From contig OX597815.1 of NCBI GenBank assembly GCA_951406725.2, forward strand, positions 154,690,001 to 154,754,000: DNA of 64,000 nucleotides, given 5' to 3'. The notes beneath the pieces were generated by a model, which saw nothing but the letters and a program-made list of their open reading frames with translations, was not told where the DNA came from and searched no databases. The position numbers and the translations under genes are program-made. This DNA is from Octopus vulgaris. Lineage: Eukaryota. Shown in pieces: positions 26,752 to 41,092 of the stretch; within the stretch, counting starts at the first letter, position 1, and each line of letters begins with the position of its first letter.

Positions 26752-26967
26752 CTATCTGAAGCTGAAGGTGTGGTTATTGAAACTTGCTTTAGAGTTGCGC
26801 ACTGTGAGACCCACATATCTTTTTAACGCAACCGTGTTCTTAGCGATCGTAGCATGTACGGCGGGTTCATAAATAATGGCCTCGGTAATCCAGGCTCCAT
26901 TTAGCGGGCAAAAGTCTTTAACTATGCTGGAACAGCTGGCTTGTTGTTGTTTTTTGGTGGTGTGCAA
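26752..26967 (-). mobile_element. PLE GIY-YIG endonuclease fragment lacking the internal CxxC
   Basis: CPLNG..AIIYE..YVGLT..FNNHTFSF; lies upstream of, and in the same orientation as, the 26577 hammerhead. Confidence 0.65.
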
Positions 26968-27220
26968 TTATATTTTTAAAAATATAATTTTTCTTGTCTA
27001 TTAGAGTAACGTAATTTTTATATTTAACGGTGTTTTCATATCGTCTATTGTCAAAATTGCCGTGGAAAATGCCTTTTAGCCCCGGTATTTGTAACTCTGA
27101 GTCCTATTTTGACAACTTACTGATTGTCCTATATTATACACATATATAAATTCCTCTATTTACCTAATATCGAGGTTTCATTCTTTTGCTATCATTTTAT
27201 TACTATTATCAACATTATTA

Positions 27221-27256
<36 letters not shown>

Positions 27257-27333
27257 ATGTATATACATCTTATATATATCTTATTTACTGTTGTAGACTA
27301 ATGAGAAAGAAAGTATAATAAAGAAAAATGAAA

Positions 27334-27371
<38 letters not shown>

Positions 27372-27492
27372 CAAACATATAAGGGACGGCCATAATAGGA
27401 CATCCGACTCACTAGAAAGAGCAGTCAGACCCCAAACCACTAATAGTCGTAATTCTGAAATGGAAAAAGAAATAAAAACGGTTACCCATTCC

Positions 27493-27581
27493 TTTCTGGA
27501 CTATGCATAGTTTCCGCAATCTTTGTAAATAAATTAATTTAATTAATTTATTTACCACTGGCGTTGCCTTGTCAGCAGACA
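27493..27581 (-). ncRNA. Mirror hammerhead copy (G8A mutation)
   Basis: Minus-strand core CTGACAA...GAAA-CTATGCATAG-TC-cagaaa. Confidence 0.65.
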
Positions 27582-27880
27582 AGCCAAGGACTAACATATA
27601 TCCACGAGGCGATGATATATTATATAGGAATGTATATTATATAGTCTATTGACTATTTTTTCTTTTTCACTTGACCGCTGGTAGCGGAGAATTTTTCTAG
27701 AATTTTTTGCTACTCTAAAATTTATTAATTATTGATTTTTTTGTTAATTTTGAAATTAAATCGGCAGTTTATATTTACAGCTGAGTAAACCGCGCGAGCG
27801 TGGTGGATTTTGAAAATTTATAGCATATAAACTCGAGGCATGTTTATCATCGCCTCGTGGGTATATGTTAGTCTTTGGCT

Positions 27881-27970
27881 TTTCTGCTGACGAGGCAACG
27901 CCAGTGGTAAATAAATTAATTAAATTAATTTATTTACAACAGATTGCGGAAACTATGCATATTCCAGAAA
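27881..27970 (+). ncRNA. Type I hammerhead ribozyme
   Basis: tttctg-CTGACGA-gGCAA..gtaaataaattaat/attaatttatttac..TTGCg-GAAA-CTATGCATAt-TC-cagaaa. Confidence 0.75.
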
Positions 27971-29007
27971 GGATAGGGTAAACGTTTTTATTTCTCTTTC
28001 CATTTCAGAATTACAACTATTAGTGGTTTGGAGTTTGGCTGCTCTTTCTAGTGAGTCGGATGTCCTATTATGGCCGTCCCTTATATGTTTGAATGTATAT
28101 TATATAGTCTATTGACTATCTTTTCCTTCTCACTTAACCGCTGGTAGCAGAGAATTTTTCTAGAATTTTTTGCTACCCTAAAATTTATTAATATATATAT
28201 ATATATATGTACATATGTAAAATCAGAAATACATAATACAATATGATAAAGTTAAATAACGAAAATATAATGTAACATGAATAAAGCAGAATATACCCAC
28301 ATATATCTATCATATATTCTTCCAATTTTTGTTATACACACTTATATTAATACAGGCTTGGTGCAACCCACATATAAAGTAGTATATATATATATTTTGA
28401 TAAATATATACACATATATGTACTTCTTAACTATTTTTGAAGATTGATAAATATATACTATAAAAGAGCAATTAACGCAAAATGAGTAGATTGTATCTAA
28501 AGAGTTTTAAATTTGCTTTCAAACTGAGCATTGTAGCCTGTGGTTGCATGTAGCTATTCTTTTGGGATGCCTATTCACAAGTTTATTTGTACAGGTTAAA
28601 ATGCTTGGCGCCTCCCCAGAACTAGACTGTAATACCTTGAAGATGCGTTGTACGGACATGTACTTTTTATTACTGAGCATGCGATGTTGTATTGCATTTT
28701 TCCTTCTTTAAGTCTCCACACCAGCTAAGCGAGTGATGTCACGTTAATGTTTTTAAACGATGCAAAGTGGTTCCGATGTTAGCAAACAGCAGTCGCAGCA
28801 ATATATAGAAATGCATTTTTAAACGGCTTAACTATATTAGCGTCCATTTCCCAGGGAAAAGTCGTTCCCCTTCTTACAAATTTTTCCGCATCATTTTGTG
28901 TAAGGCAACAACTAGTCGTTCTTCAATTTTTTTCTTTTTCTTTTATTATTTAGATGGTTGTTGTAAGAGATGTTGATATACTCTTCATTGCTATCCTTTT
29001 TCAGTTT

Positions 29008-29066
<59 letters not shown>

Positions 29067-29493
29067 GCTGCTGCTGCTACTGCTACTACTACTACTACTA
29101 CTACTTCTACTACTGGGATTTTCAGCATTTCTATTATTACTCATGTTATTTTGGCTATCGTATTATTTTTTTTTTGTATAAGAATCATTTAGACAGGCTT
29201 GATTATTTTCTTCCTTATCATAATCCTTACTCTTGTAATCCTCAGGATATCGCAGAATGTCACACTCTTTCGCAACTGTTCCTTCGGACCTGGAAACACA
29301 GCTCTTATGATGGACCCTATGACTGGTGGTTGGAAGGGGTCGAGTTATACTCAAATTAAAAGCATGGCCTGAACAGTTGCGCGGAAGGCAGAATCCGGTA
29401 AATGCACACGAAAGTAGGTGAAAGAATTAATCTAGTGGACTTATGGAGTCTAGCATACCGACTTAACATCAACCGACTTCCTTGCTGCAGTGA

Positions 29494-29782
29494 AGGTGCG
29501 TGGGTTAGTGGTTAGGGTATTCGGATCACTATTGTAATGTCGTGAGTTCAAATCCATGCTACGCACAGTATCCTTGAGTAAGACGCATTATTTCACGTTG
29601 CTCCATCCCACTCAGCTTGCAAAAATCAGTAGTACTGTGTCACGCTGTACCTTCCAGAGAACTACGTTAAGAGTACACGTGTCTGTTTGAGCGCTCAGCC
29701 ACTTACGCGTTAATTTCACGAGCATGTTGTTCCGTTGATCGGATCAACTGGAACCGTCGTCGATATAACCGACGGCGTGCTG
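29494..29782 (+). mobile_element. tRNA-SINE (second family)
   Basis: Head ggtgcgtgggttagtggttaggg..gagttcaaatcc; tail gttccgttgatcggatcaactggaacc. Confidence 0.7.
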
Positions 29783-30459
29783 CATTTCTTTAGTGCTACA
29801 AATATACAAAATGATAGGGAAGGCATTCTAAATGACAAATCATTATTAATATACATGATTTTCAACGCATATAACATGTAATATAAATAAATCTACATTA
29901 TAACTGCGTTTGCTTACTTGAATGTTCGTTTCAATAACCGTATGTGTTAGCGTTGCTGTAAGTGTATTTGGTATGAAAGAAAAAACATTGTTTTGAATGG
30001 GATAATGTATGATTATCAACATAAATTAACTTAAGTGTATTTACATGTACATTAATATTGGTTATATGTTTGGAGATATTCCATCAGCCATCATTCAGTT
30101 ATACATTTATTCTTTAGATCTTTCATTTTCTACGAAATAGTTGTGCATATAAATGTGTCTGCCAATAGGTGTTCTTGCATTTGTATGAGCGTAACCATGT
30201 CAAAGATTTGTGATTTAATAGACGAAGTCTAATATATTTCCATAATAGTTTTGAATGGGGTATTTGTGTAACTTAAACTTCTGAAAAAATAATTGAATAG
30301 AATATGTATACATGTATATATGTACGTACGTACGTACGTACGTAGTTATGTTTTTCTGTCTGTATATATATATGTATACAGGCACACACACATACATATA
30401 CACACACACACACACACATACACACACACATATAATGTATATTTATATATATACAAATA

Positions 30460-30496
<37 letters not shown>

Positions 30497-30925
30497 GCAT
30501 ACATACATATGTATATGCATACATACATGCATATATACATGCATGCATATACATATATATATTCATACAAAAATACATAAATAGATACATACATACATCC
30601 ATACATATGCAGACAGACAGAGGTAAAGAAAGATATAGTTGAATAGATACAATATGATCTAAGAAATGCACTTGAATCAGCATTTTATTAGAATAGAGCT
30701 AAGTATAACATTTACATTTACATTATATCTATAAATGTAGTATGGCACTAGCGATATCTTGTTGCTAGCACACACACACACACCACAGAAACACACACAC
30801 ATCCACGCACACAAATACACACGTACACACATGCACATACATATATATTTATTTAATATGCACATATATATTGTGAGACGCTCATATACCTTCATGTATA
30901 TATTGATTACATTCACCCATATATT

Positions 30926-30969
<44 letters not shown>

Positions 30970-31084
30970 TGTGTATACTCACACACTAGCAGAGGTACCC
31001 GGCGTTATTCGGGATTAAAATGGCATACTCTTTTATTGTTCTACTCGTGTCAGTCATGTGACAGTCGCCATGCTGGAGCACATA

Positions 31085-31121
<37 letters not shown>

Positions 31122-31365
31122 CAACAAAATTAGAGAATGGAGAAACATATACTTAAATCAATAAAACATCAACTATCCGATGATACCCAATCAATACTTT
31201 AATACACCATTACATATGAGTAAAGGCATTATACAAAATGAGATATACAGTAATAGTAAAAAGATAAAGAGATATAAGTAAAAGATTTCAAATATAATAT
31301 GCAATTAAATCAAAACTGACAGCTGTTTCGGCAGTGAGGGCAGTCATACCTCATTTAACCTCTAA

Positions 31366-31405
<40 letters not shown>

Positions 31406-31588
31406 TAAATAAATGGCACAACGAAGCACCGATATTTACTGGAAAATAGCGAACGTAATAAATACGACGCTAATGTATAGCTTCAGTGCGTATGTTCTAG
31501 TAAAGATGCGTGTGTGCAACAAACATGAATAATTTTTCTTACTTCTAGGAAGAACATCTGAAAAATGAAAAACCTAGAAGCGGATAAT

Positions 31589-31656
31589 GCAGTACCGGTT
31601 TCAGACTCTTCAAAATACGTCTGCCAACGTATATTTGATTTGTCATCATCAGCTGC
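31589..31656 (-). ncRNA. Type I hammerhead ribozyme, intact
   Basis: Minus strand: gcag-CTGATGA-tGAC..atacgt/acgtat..GTCt-GAAA-CCGG-TA-ctgc. Confidence 0.8.
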
Positions 31657-31739
31657 TTAAACCTCGACAACATTTCAAATGTTGCCACATCCATGCCAGT
31701 ACACTCGTCTGAACGGCAAAGCGTTAACAAAGCGTTTAT

Positions 31740-31807
31740 GCAGCTGATGATGACAAATCAAATATACGTTGGCAGACGTATTTTGGAGAGTCTGAAACCG
31801 GTAGCGC
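31740..31807 (+). ncRNA. Mirror hammerhead copy (stem I weakened)
   Basis: gcag-CTGATGA-tGAC...GTCt-GAAA-CCGG-TA-gcgc. Confidence 0.7.
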
Positions 31808-32064
31808 ATTATCCGTTTCTAGGTTTTTCATTTTTCAGATGTTCTTCCTGGAGGTAAGACAATTTTTTTCATGTTTGTTGTACACAGGCATCTTTACTAG
31901 TACGTACGCAGTGAAGCTATACATTAGCGTCGTATTTATTACGTTCGCTATTTTCTAGTAAATATTGGTGCTTCGTTGTGCCATTTATTTACTTTTATAT
32001 GTATGATTTTACCCTTACGGGCTATCCTTTACTGGAAAGCAATACTCTCGTATTGCATTACTAT

Positions 32065-32105
<41 letters not shown>

Positions 32106-32298
32106 TTTTAAACTTTTACTTGTTTCAGTCATTTGAGTGCGGCCATGCTGAAGCAATACTTTTTCGTTGAAGAAACTGGCTGCTTGACTTATAATATTTA
32201 TCTCTTCTGCAGAACCGATAAATTGCGGTGATGTAAACACACCAGCATCGGTTGTCAAGCGATAATATGGGTGGGACGAACACAGATATCAATAGACA

Positions 32299-32356
<58 letters not shown>

Positions 32357-32404
32357 TACATATATACATATATATATTTATCTATCTATCTATCTATCTG
32401 TCTG

Positions 32405-32486
<82 letters not shown>

Positions 32487-32646
32487 GTATATATATATAC
32501 ATGTATGCATATATATATTTACATATACAAGTATATATACATATGCATATATTTATAAGAATTTACGAAAAAAACAAACGAAGATGGTGTGTAAACAACA
32601 AACAGATGTAATAGTTTAACGCTCGCGAAATAAGAAAGTCTTTTAA

Positions 32647-32722
<76 letters not shown>

Positions 32723-32949
32723 GTGTGTGTGTGTATATGTATGTTTATTTTTGAGAAAATAACTTCAGAAGTAAAGTGTCCTTCATATTCAAGTCGCTAA
32801 TGAAGCTGTACGATGCTAACTCTGTTACGTGAACCACCATATCTCATAGCAGAAACAGCTGTAAGCGAATGCAGTTCAGTGCACACACACAAACGCCCAC
32901 ACGCGCACACACACACACATGCATACACACACACACATATATATATATA

Positions 32950-33270
32950 TAAGGAGCATCCGTCGGTTACAACGACGAGGTTCCCAGCTGATACGATCAA
33001 CAGAAGAGCCTGCTCAGGAAATTAACGTGCACATGACTGAACAATTCACAGACACCCGTTCCGCTAACGTAGTTCTCAAGGAGATTCAGCGTGAAACAGA
33101 TTGTAACAAGGCTGGCCTCTTGAAATACAGGTACTACTCATGTTTGCCAGCTGAGTGGAGTGGAGCAACGTGAAATGAAGTGTCTTGCTCAAGGAGAGAA
33201 CGCGTCGCCGGGAATCGAACTCACAACCTTACAATTGTGAGCCGAATGCCCTACAGTTTAGCTCATGTTA
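32950..33270 (-). mobile_element. tRNA-SINE (second family)
   Basis: Reverse-complement similarity to 29494-29782. Confidence 0.65.
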
Positions 33271-33835
33271 CCCAAAACACATTAAAATAACTATCCGTTC
33301 AAAATTTAATTGCTTCCACTATTTTGATAATAACAATCACCGTCTACCCCCCCCCCCACTAAAATTTATTTCCTTACTGATTCATTTACAGAATATACTT
33401 CCGCTTACTAACAAGGAATGAAATCTTAATATGTTATCATGAAATTTTAAACATGATCTAACTAATTATTCAAGATTAGTATTGCCGGTGTTATCTCTAT
33501 ATATGGCACTTTCATAACCAAATGTTATTTACTGATCTTTATTCGCTTACAGAACACACATATAACACCTGTATGTTCTGAAAATATTATTTCCCCAAAT
33601 AAAGTGGGCGTCATATTCAAGCGCTAATGAGGTTATAGGACGTGATTCATTACATCTTATAGTAGAAATCCCAACATCTTATAGGAGAAATAGCTGCTGG
33701 CGAATGAAGTCCATTACATATCATTTGGATTTTCTGGTGTCTTCTCTTTGCTTTCTATACTCATATTTTTCTGGATTATACGTATATTGAAATCTACAGC
33801 AGGTCATTAACCTCACTATACCTGTGGGAAATATT

Positions 33836-33886
<51 letters not shown>

Positions 33887-34279
33887 GCACACACTCACAC
33901 ATACACACACACACAAATATCCACAAATAAACAATGATAAGAAAAGAAGAAAATGGATTCAACGGCATTCTTTTCAGAACACTACAATTGTTTTCTGACC
34001 TCGTTAGACCCGTATTATATTAGAGTGAAATGACTGCCCGATCTTCTGAAAGACTTATTCAAATGAATTACCTGAAGAAACACATTGTACACCTTCGATG
34101 GATGATAGTGATTACGCAATATTTTAATTATATTATTTCATGGAATGAACTACGAGTGTAACGAGGACGAGAATCAATGACATGCAATAGAGAATATCAT
34201 TCATATTATTTTCTCCTATAAATCTCTTTCTTTAAACACTACGGATACTAAGGAATTCCAGATGTATATCCAGGGACAG

Positions 34280-34913
34280 GAGTATTTCCATCCTATGATA
34301 ACTTTCCTTAGCGAATAACTGTGGACAAGCTTTGTGAAGCCTGCAGAATGGTAGTTATCCATAGATAATGCGTTTTATGTATGCTACTTTCATTTTTCAA
34401 AATTAAGATAAACAAAGTTCTTTTTTAATCTAAAACATACTCTCCTTCCTTTTCTACAATGATCTTCCATCTTTCTGGTAGACTTGCAAGGACTCTGTTC
34501 CAAAACTTCAAAAAAGACTCCTCAAGTCCTGTTCTGACCTCGTCTACAGAATTCATAATAAAAGACGAGGCTCTTCTTTTAGGCTGTAGTTTCCGGTTCG
34601 GAATTTCTGGAACCACCGTTGACACTGTCCGATTCCCATATACTGCACTAATATTATTCGCACTTTCTGTTGCGTTGTTACATTTATTGAGCTCATAAAG
34701 CAAAATATGCCGAATATGCTCCTTTGTCACTTCCACTTCCAAAAAATAACTTAAAATCGAACTGCACTCTTCAAAATTACACTAAGAATAAATACAAGGT
34801 AAAATTACTGCCTGCTTTTACAGAAAGTTGATGCAGATAGTTTATTTCGTTCCCCTCCGACATTTAGTTCATGCAATTGAAAAAGCCGCTTTATTTATGG
34901 GATGATCCAACAT
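34280..34913 (-). mobile_element. Internally deleted mariner
   Basis: EHIRHILLYE..NATES..VYG HTH start fused to the C-terminal LPERWKIIVEKEGEY. Confidence 0.75.
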
Positions 34914-37369
34914 ATACATGCGTGTGTGAGTGTGCGTGTAGCTATTTGCGCTCATGTGAATATATAGATCTATATATGTATGTATACATGTATGTGTGTG
35001 TGTGTCTGTGTGTGTGTATCTGTCTGTCTGTGTGCGTGTGTGTATGTATGTGCGTTTGTGTCTCTATGTGTATGTATGTATATATAAACTAGAAAAATAT
35101 GTTACTTGATAGAAAGTACATAGAATCACATCAGGAAAGACAAACAAATGAAAAAGATTTAAATGAATATGATAAATGGTATGAATAAAAGTTAATCTAA
35201 CATTTCGAGCACTTTATCAATGAGAAATAAAAGCAATAAGGGTTTAATGTATGATTTGTGGGTGGGGGATCATAAAGTTTATAATAAGCATTATGTCGTG
35301 CTGCCAGGCCAGAAGGAAACATTGCGAAAGTAAATTGGGTTGAATAATATTAGAAACCACAAAATAATACATTTACTGCAGTCTTAAATTTAGAAAGGCA
35401 TCTGTCCATTGCAAATTTATTGTGAAGGATAGGCCATTAGTGCATTTGTCCCACATATATTGTCGTTTTTGTAGTGGTATGGGAAAAAAATCAGTTCTAC
35501 TACGATCTTGAAATGAGTGTGGAAAAAAAACCAACAGCAATAAAACTTATTCGGGTTCACTACCGCATTCACTGCTAACCAACATCTTTATTGATGCCTG
35601 ACTTTGGTAAAATGCCACAAATTTGAAAAGAATGAATATATTCCCTTTTCCAATATTAATATTAATAAAACTAAATGTGAATATTATTCAATAGGCTCAT
35701 GTCAGATACAGAACTCGTGTTTACTTCATAAAATATAACACGGTTATTGATTTTACAAACATGCTTCTTCAATTTCCGCCCTATGCTTACGAATAACATC
35801 TAAACAACTAAGAAACAAATGTTTCTAGAATATAGACCAGTAGTTATATTAATAAACTTTCTGAATATTTATGGATTAGACAGAAATAATAAATACCTAA
35901 GGAAATTTTCTGTCATTGGCTAAGTTAGTTGGAAACACGACAAATATATCATATTCTCAATGCATTAATATAGAAACGGTTCTTGAACACTCCAAACGTT
36001 AAGTGCAAGGAAACGTAGGGAGGTTACATGTTATATAGGAAAAATACACAGTCGCAATATGTTGTGGTGAAATAATGATGATGATGTGAATATAAATTAG
36101 AGTCCTTCTTCACACTAGTGAGATTGAGGTCGCCGAAACTCAGAATTTACCTATCAAAATTGACACATGTTAAGAGGGGGAGAAAATGCCAGTCAACTAA
36201 AGCATGGTAAATATTTCTCAAAAAGTAATATACACTCAAACGCAAACACACATATACACACAAACACATTCATATGTATGTGCGTGCCTGCGTATGCTGT
36301 ATGCATGCGCGTCGTAGTTGCATAAATATGTGTGAGAGTGTGTGTATATGCGTGTGTGTATGTGCGTATATATATGTGTGTATGTGTGTGCATATATGTG
36401 TTTGTGTGTATATGTGTATTTATATACATACATACATACACATATATATTTATGTGTGTGTGTGTGTGTGTGTGTGTGTTTATCTGTACGTGTATTTCAC
36501 GCGGGGAACGTATCCTTCATGATATCATCGGAAGCACATGGTAGAAGTTTTGATTTGACTACCTAAGAAATGAAAGTATTCGCTTGTTAAACATAAATCT
36601 GAATGTTTTACTGAACAAACGTGGTGACAACTGAAATATCTGTTGTTTACTACCACACAGAGAAATACTTTGACTGAACGCCTGCTTCAAAGTGTACCAT
36701 ATTCTTGGACTATATAATCACGTGGTTCTTGAGCAAATAGGTTTTTTTCTTCTGGGATGATTTTCGATTGTGAAATTTTTCTCTAAAATATATAAAAATC
36801 CCTTGTGAATGAATGAACACAAGTTAAGTAAATACAACTTTTTGAAATATTGCTGATCCTAAGACCCCCAAATCTGTAAATCGTCTACGTAAGTATCTCC
36901 CTGTCGCACCAATATATTTGTGTGTCTGTCAGTTTTGTACCCCCACCATTGTTGTGTTTACTTTCCCACAAATAGCGGTTCGGCAAAAGACAATGATAGA
37001 ATAAGTACTTGGCTTACAAAGAATAAATCCTGGTGTAGATCTTTTCAAACAAAAGCCGCGCTCCAGCATGGCCGTCATCACATGACTGAAACATGTAGAA
37101 CAATGGAGAAACTTTAAACGACTCTAATTACATGTAAATTCTTCCTTTTTGTCCCTCTCACAAATCTCTATTTCGCATTTCATAATTATTCTTCGTATCA
37201 TATTTCATCTACTTAATATATCTTGTTTATTTTATTTATCTTATTTCATCCTATTTATTTATTTAATAGCTTAAGCATTTAATCAAAAACTTCTGCAAAA
37301 CAAACAGAACAAACTAGAATATTTCTATTTCGTATTTTGTTTAGCGCCAAATTGAGGCTAATAAAAATA

Positions 37370-40300
37370 AAATGATATGTCGAAACTGGCAATTTGAGGA
37401 AATTCGACTTTTTGTACAAGCACGGAGCTTGGGCGACAGATCCCCAGCAAAGGACCTAATAGCAGAAACCCTGGAGAGATATAATTTCTACAGGTTTATG
37501 GCCCAGATTGAGCAGAAGAAACAGGAGTTCATATGCTCCTATGAACTTTTAAAGACACATCTTGAATTCCTAGAAGGCATTATGAGGGAAACAGGCTGCA
37601 AAAAGGACAATGAAGACTCTGTGTGCTCTGCTCAAACCAGAAAGGCCAAACGGATGACACAAAGAAGGCAAAGGCTACCAATATTACAAACAGTTCTGAA
37701 AGCTACAATGCCTATAATGTATACAGTCAAAACAGTACCACATTAAAAAACAGAGACAGGAAAACAGACAAAGCAGCCAGGGAAAACGTGAACACTACCA
37801 AGCTCAAAACCCAAGCGCGAAATTTCTCCTGTCATGGAGAAAAAGGCAGCAAACTGCAAATTTGCCCATCCCAAACACTACCAGATTAACAAGCAGGATA
37901 ACCATCCACGACAAAACAAATAGGAACGCAGAAAGGGGAAACCAATAAACTCAGATCTACGAATCCATAATCCACCAACAAGAACCAACAGGTCTCACCA
38001 GAAAAGGAGTTCACACATACTCTCTGTTCCCCACAAAAGGCAATATGCAGAGGTTGTGCTAACTGCAGCTACTGAACAACTAGCTTTTTTAAGCATGACC
38101 CAGAAAATAGTGCGGCAACTAACGTGGCTACAAAGAATGCAGAATCAAAGCCATACAAACTAATACCCGAGACCACCACAGATGATGGATCAAGGACGGC
38201 CACCACTAACACCAGTAACTCCTGCACAGATATCACACCCATATTCTTACTGAATATTGGGGGCCTATTACGGACTGGTAACAGAGACAATTTTTTCTAC
38301 CTGAAAGACCTTGCTGCATGCAATCAAGCAATATGCATGACACTTACAGTAACGCATCTAACATCTACTATAGCAGATGCGGAAATACATATACCAGAGT
38401 ATGCAGTAATTCGAACAAGCAGAAGATATAGAAGGCATGGAGGAGTTGCCATGTACCTATGTGAAAATGTCACACTTCTAGTACTGTTGTCACATTCAAA
38501 CTTAGTCTGTGACACTTAAATAATATATGTAAAACAAATTGATGTAGTTTTATGCATACCTTCCCCCAAATACCTTAAAGGATGAGGGTAAATTTGAGGA
38601 TAGCATCAGAGGCATAGAGGAGATTTTGACAAATATGGACCAACAAATCATTATACTCCTCCTGGGTGACTTCAACCTCCCGGATGTCAAATAGCCTGAA
38701 GGCCACATCCTCTCTGGTATGTCACTGCATCAACAAACTCAAGTAAAATCATTGCTGGAACTTTCTAGCATGCTGTTCCTGGAACACGTTATACTCCAAC
38801 CAACCAACCAACCAGAGAAAGCAACATTTTGGATCTCTGCTTCACAAACAATCTGAATATTATTCATAGTGTGAAGATAACACCAACAACTCTTTCGGAT
38901 CATAACATTATAAAATTAACAATATATGGTCCTAGGTAAACTGCTGACATCCACCCGATCAGGAGGACTCAAGTCATATCCAACCTAAATTTCCAAAAAG
39001 CAAATGGAAATCAATCCGCAAAAGAGATTCAGAATCAAAACTGGCCTGACAGCCTGTCTATACAAGGCAATGACCCAAAAGTATGTCACTTTATGTCGAC
39101 TGTGAAGGCTATAGGCACCAAATACGTGTCAGATAGAAAGGCCAACATACATATGAATAGAATCCCCAGAGACAGTAAAATTCTTATGAGACACAGAACA
39201 AAAGTCTCAAGCCAGTTGAATAGAGAATTGAAGGCTAGTAAAAAGGCTAAATTAAGAGAGACATCGCAGGAAACTGAAAACGAAATTAAACTCTCCCATT
39301 AAAAGGAAAGAGCAGAGAAGGAGAATAGAGCTGTAGAAAGCATAGAAACAAACTCCAAGGCTTTCTATAAATTTGCAAAGAATACCGCCACAGTATAGTA
39401 CAAAATAGGATCGCTGCTCCAATTAAATGGCTCACTGACTGCGGACCCTAGAAACCTAAGTGCTTAATGTACAATTTAAAAGTATCTTCACCTCTCCACT
39501 AATTCACATGCAATAGAAAAAACAACTGATATTTTTGACTATGCAACCCTGCAGGAAAGGGCGACAGCCATCACCTGCATCGACATTGAAGAGGAAAATG
39601 TAATAGCGGCTATAAACGAAATGACCTCAAACTCAGCAACCGGCGACAGTGACTTCCCAGCTATCCTAATAATGTCATGTAAACAAAAATTAGCAGGACC
39701 ATTTTGGATACTTCTCCAGGGTCCCCTTGCAAGTAGTAAACATCCCAAAAAGTTAAAAGAAGGCATCATATGCCCTACTCATAAAGGTGGAAGCAGAGTG
39801 GAGGCTAAAAACTACAGACCCATCTCTCTGACTTCACATACCAGCAAAGTCATGGACCGAATCGTCAGAAAGATACTGATTATATTCCTAGAAGAACATG
39901 ACTTGCTGAACAAGCATGGCTTCCGCCGAGGCAGGAGCTGCCTCACACAGCTCTTACGGAATTATGAGTGGGTCCTGATGTAGCTTCTCGAACATTCAAA
40001 TGCTGATGTGATATATCTTGACTTTGCCATGGCCTTCGACAAAGTTGATCATGGCACGAAAAATCGGTATAGCTGGTAAACTAGGAGAGTGGCTGCATGA
40101 CTTTCTAAACGATAGAAGTCAGACAGTTGCAGCCAATGATGCAATCTCTAGGGAAACACAATTTCCGAGCGGTGTCCCTCAGGGAACTGATTATAGTAGC
40201 CCTCTTAGACAAGTAGACAAGTCCACAGTCACTCAGACAACCACTGTCAATAGCTACGTCGATGATACAAAATTATCAATGGCAATAAAACCTGCAGAAC

Positions 40301-40885
40301 GACCTAAATGCAATGTACAAGAGGGCAGAGCAAACAATATGCAATTTAATGCTGAAAAATTTCAAGCAATGCGCTATAAGATTACAAATGCTCCACAACT
40401 GACATTTAAAGGTCTCGGAGTTACTGCAATCCCAGAGTCACAAACATTGAGAGATCTGGGCGCCAGTATGTGTAATGATTCATCATTTCACATGCACATT
40501 ATTAAGTTGGCAGTAAAGTGCAGACAATTGGCGGGATGGATACTAAGGACATTCAAGACAAGAGATCAAGAAATCATGTTGACTCTATGGAAGACCTTTG
40601 CTTCAGCCGCCTAGAATACTGCTCTCAACTGTGGACACTATACTATAAACATTGCTACAGTCCAACAGATGAAATACAGGGAGGGGCTGAAAAGACTACG
40701 ACTTTACTCCCGAGAGCGCAGACGTGAGAGATATGTAATAATTTACATGTGGAAAGCAAAATTTTGATATCAAGTGTTATGTGAATGCTAGTACTGGATG
40801 ACACTGCTTATTACCGAAGGTACTGTCCAATGCACCTAATATAAGAACCAGGTACTGCAGTAGCCAAGGGTTCAGAGGACCACGG
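37370..40885 (+). mobile_element. Decayed CR1-group LINE (APE endonuclease plus RT)
   Basis: LLNIGGL, HGGVAMY, LLGDFNLPD, LDLCFTN, SDHN, NYRPISLTS, HGFRRGRSCLTQLL, AFDKVDH, SGVPQGT and YVDDTKL across frames; 5' boundary uncertain. Confidence 0.88.

Positions 40886-41092
<207 letters not shown>

Larger units (their letters stand above)
27365..28191. repeat. Inverted plus tandem pLTR-like module
   Basis: 27365-27615 is the reverse complement of 27846-28095; 27628-27730 repeats directly at 28093-28191. Confidence 0.9.
31397..32001. repeat. Fold-back element: ~265-bp inverted arms, ~70-bp spacer, next to (TA)n
   Basis: 31397-31660 is the reverse complement of 31734-32001. Confidence 0.95.

Noticed and set aside
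29494-29560. tRNA genes at SINE heads
   Set aside because: No complete cloverleaf; the heads continue into SINE bodies.
31315-31370. Hammerhead 3' half (GAAACAGCTGTC, minus strand)
   Set aside because: No CUGANGA half; it is truncated by (TA)n.
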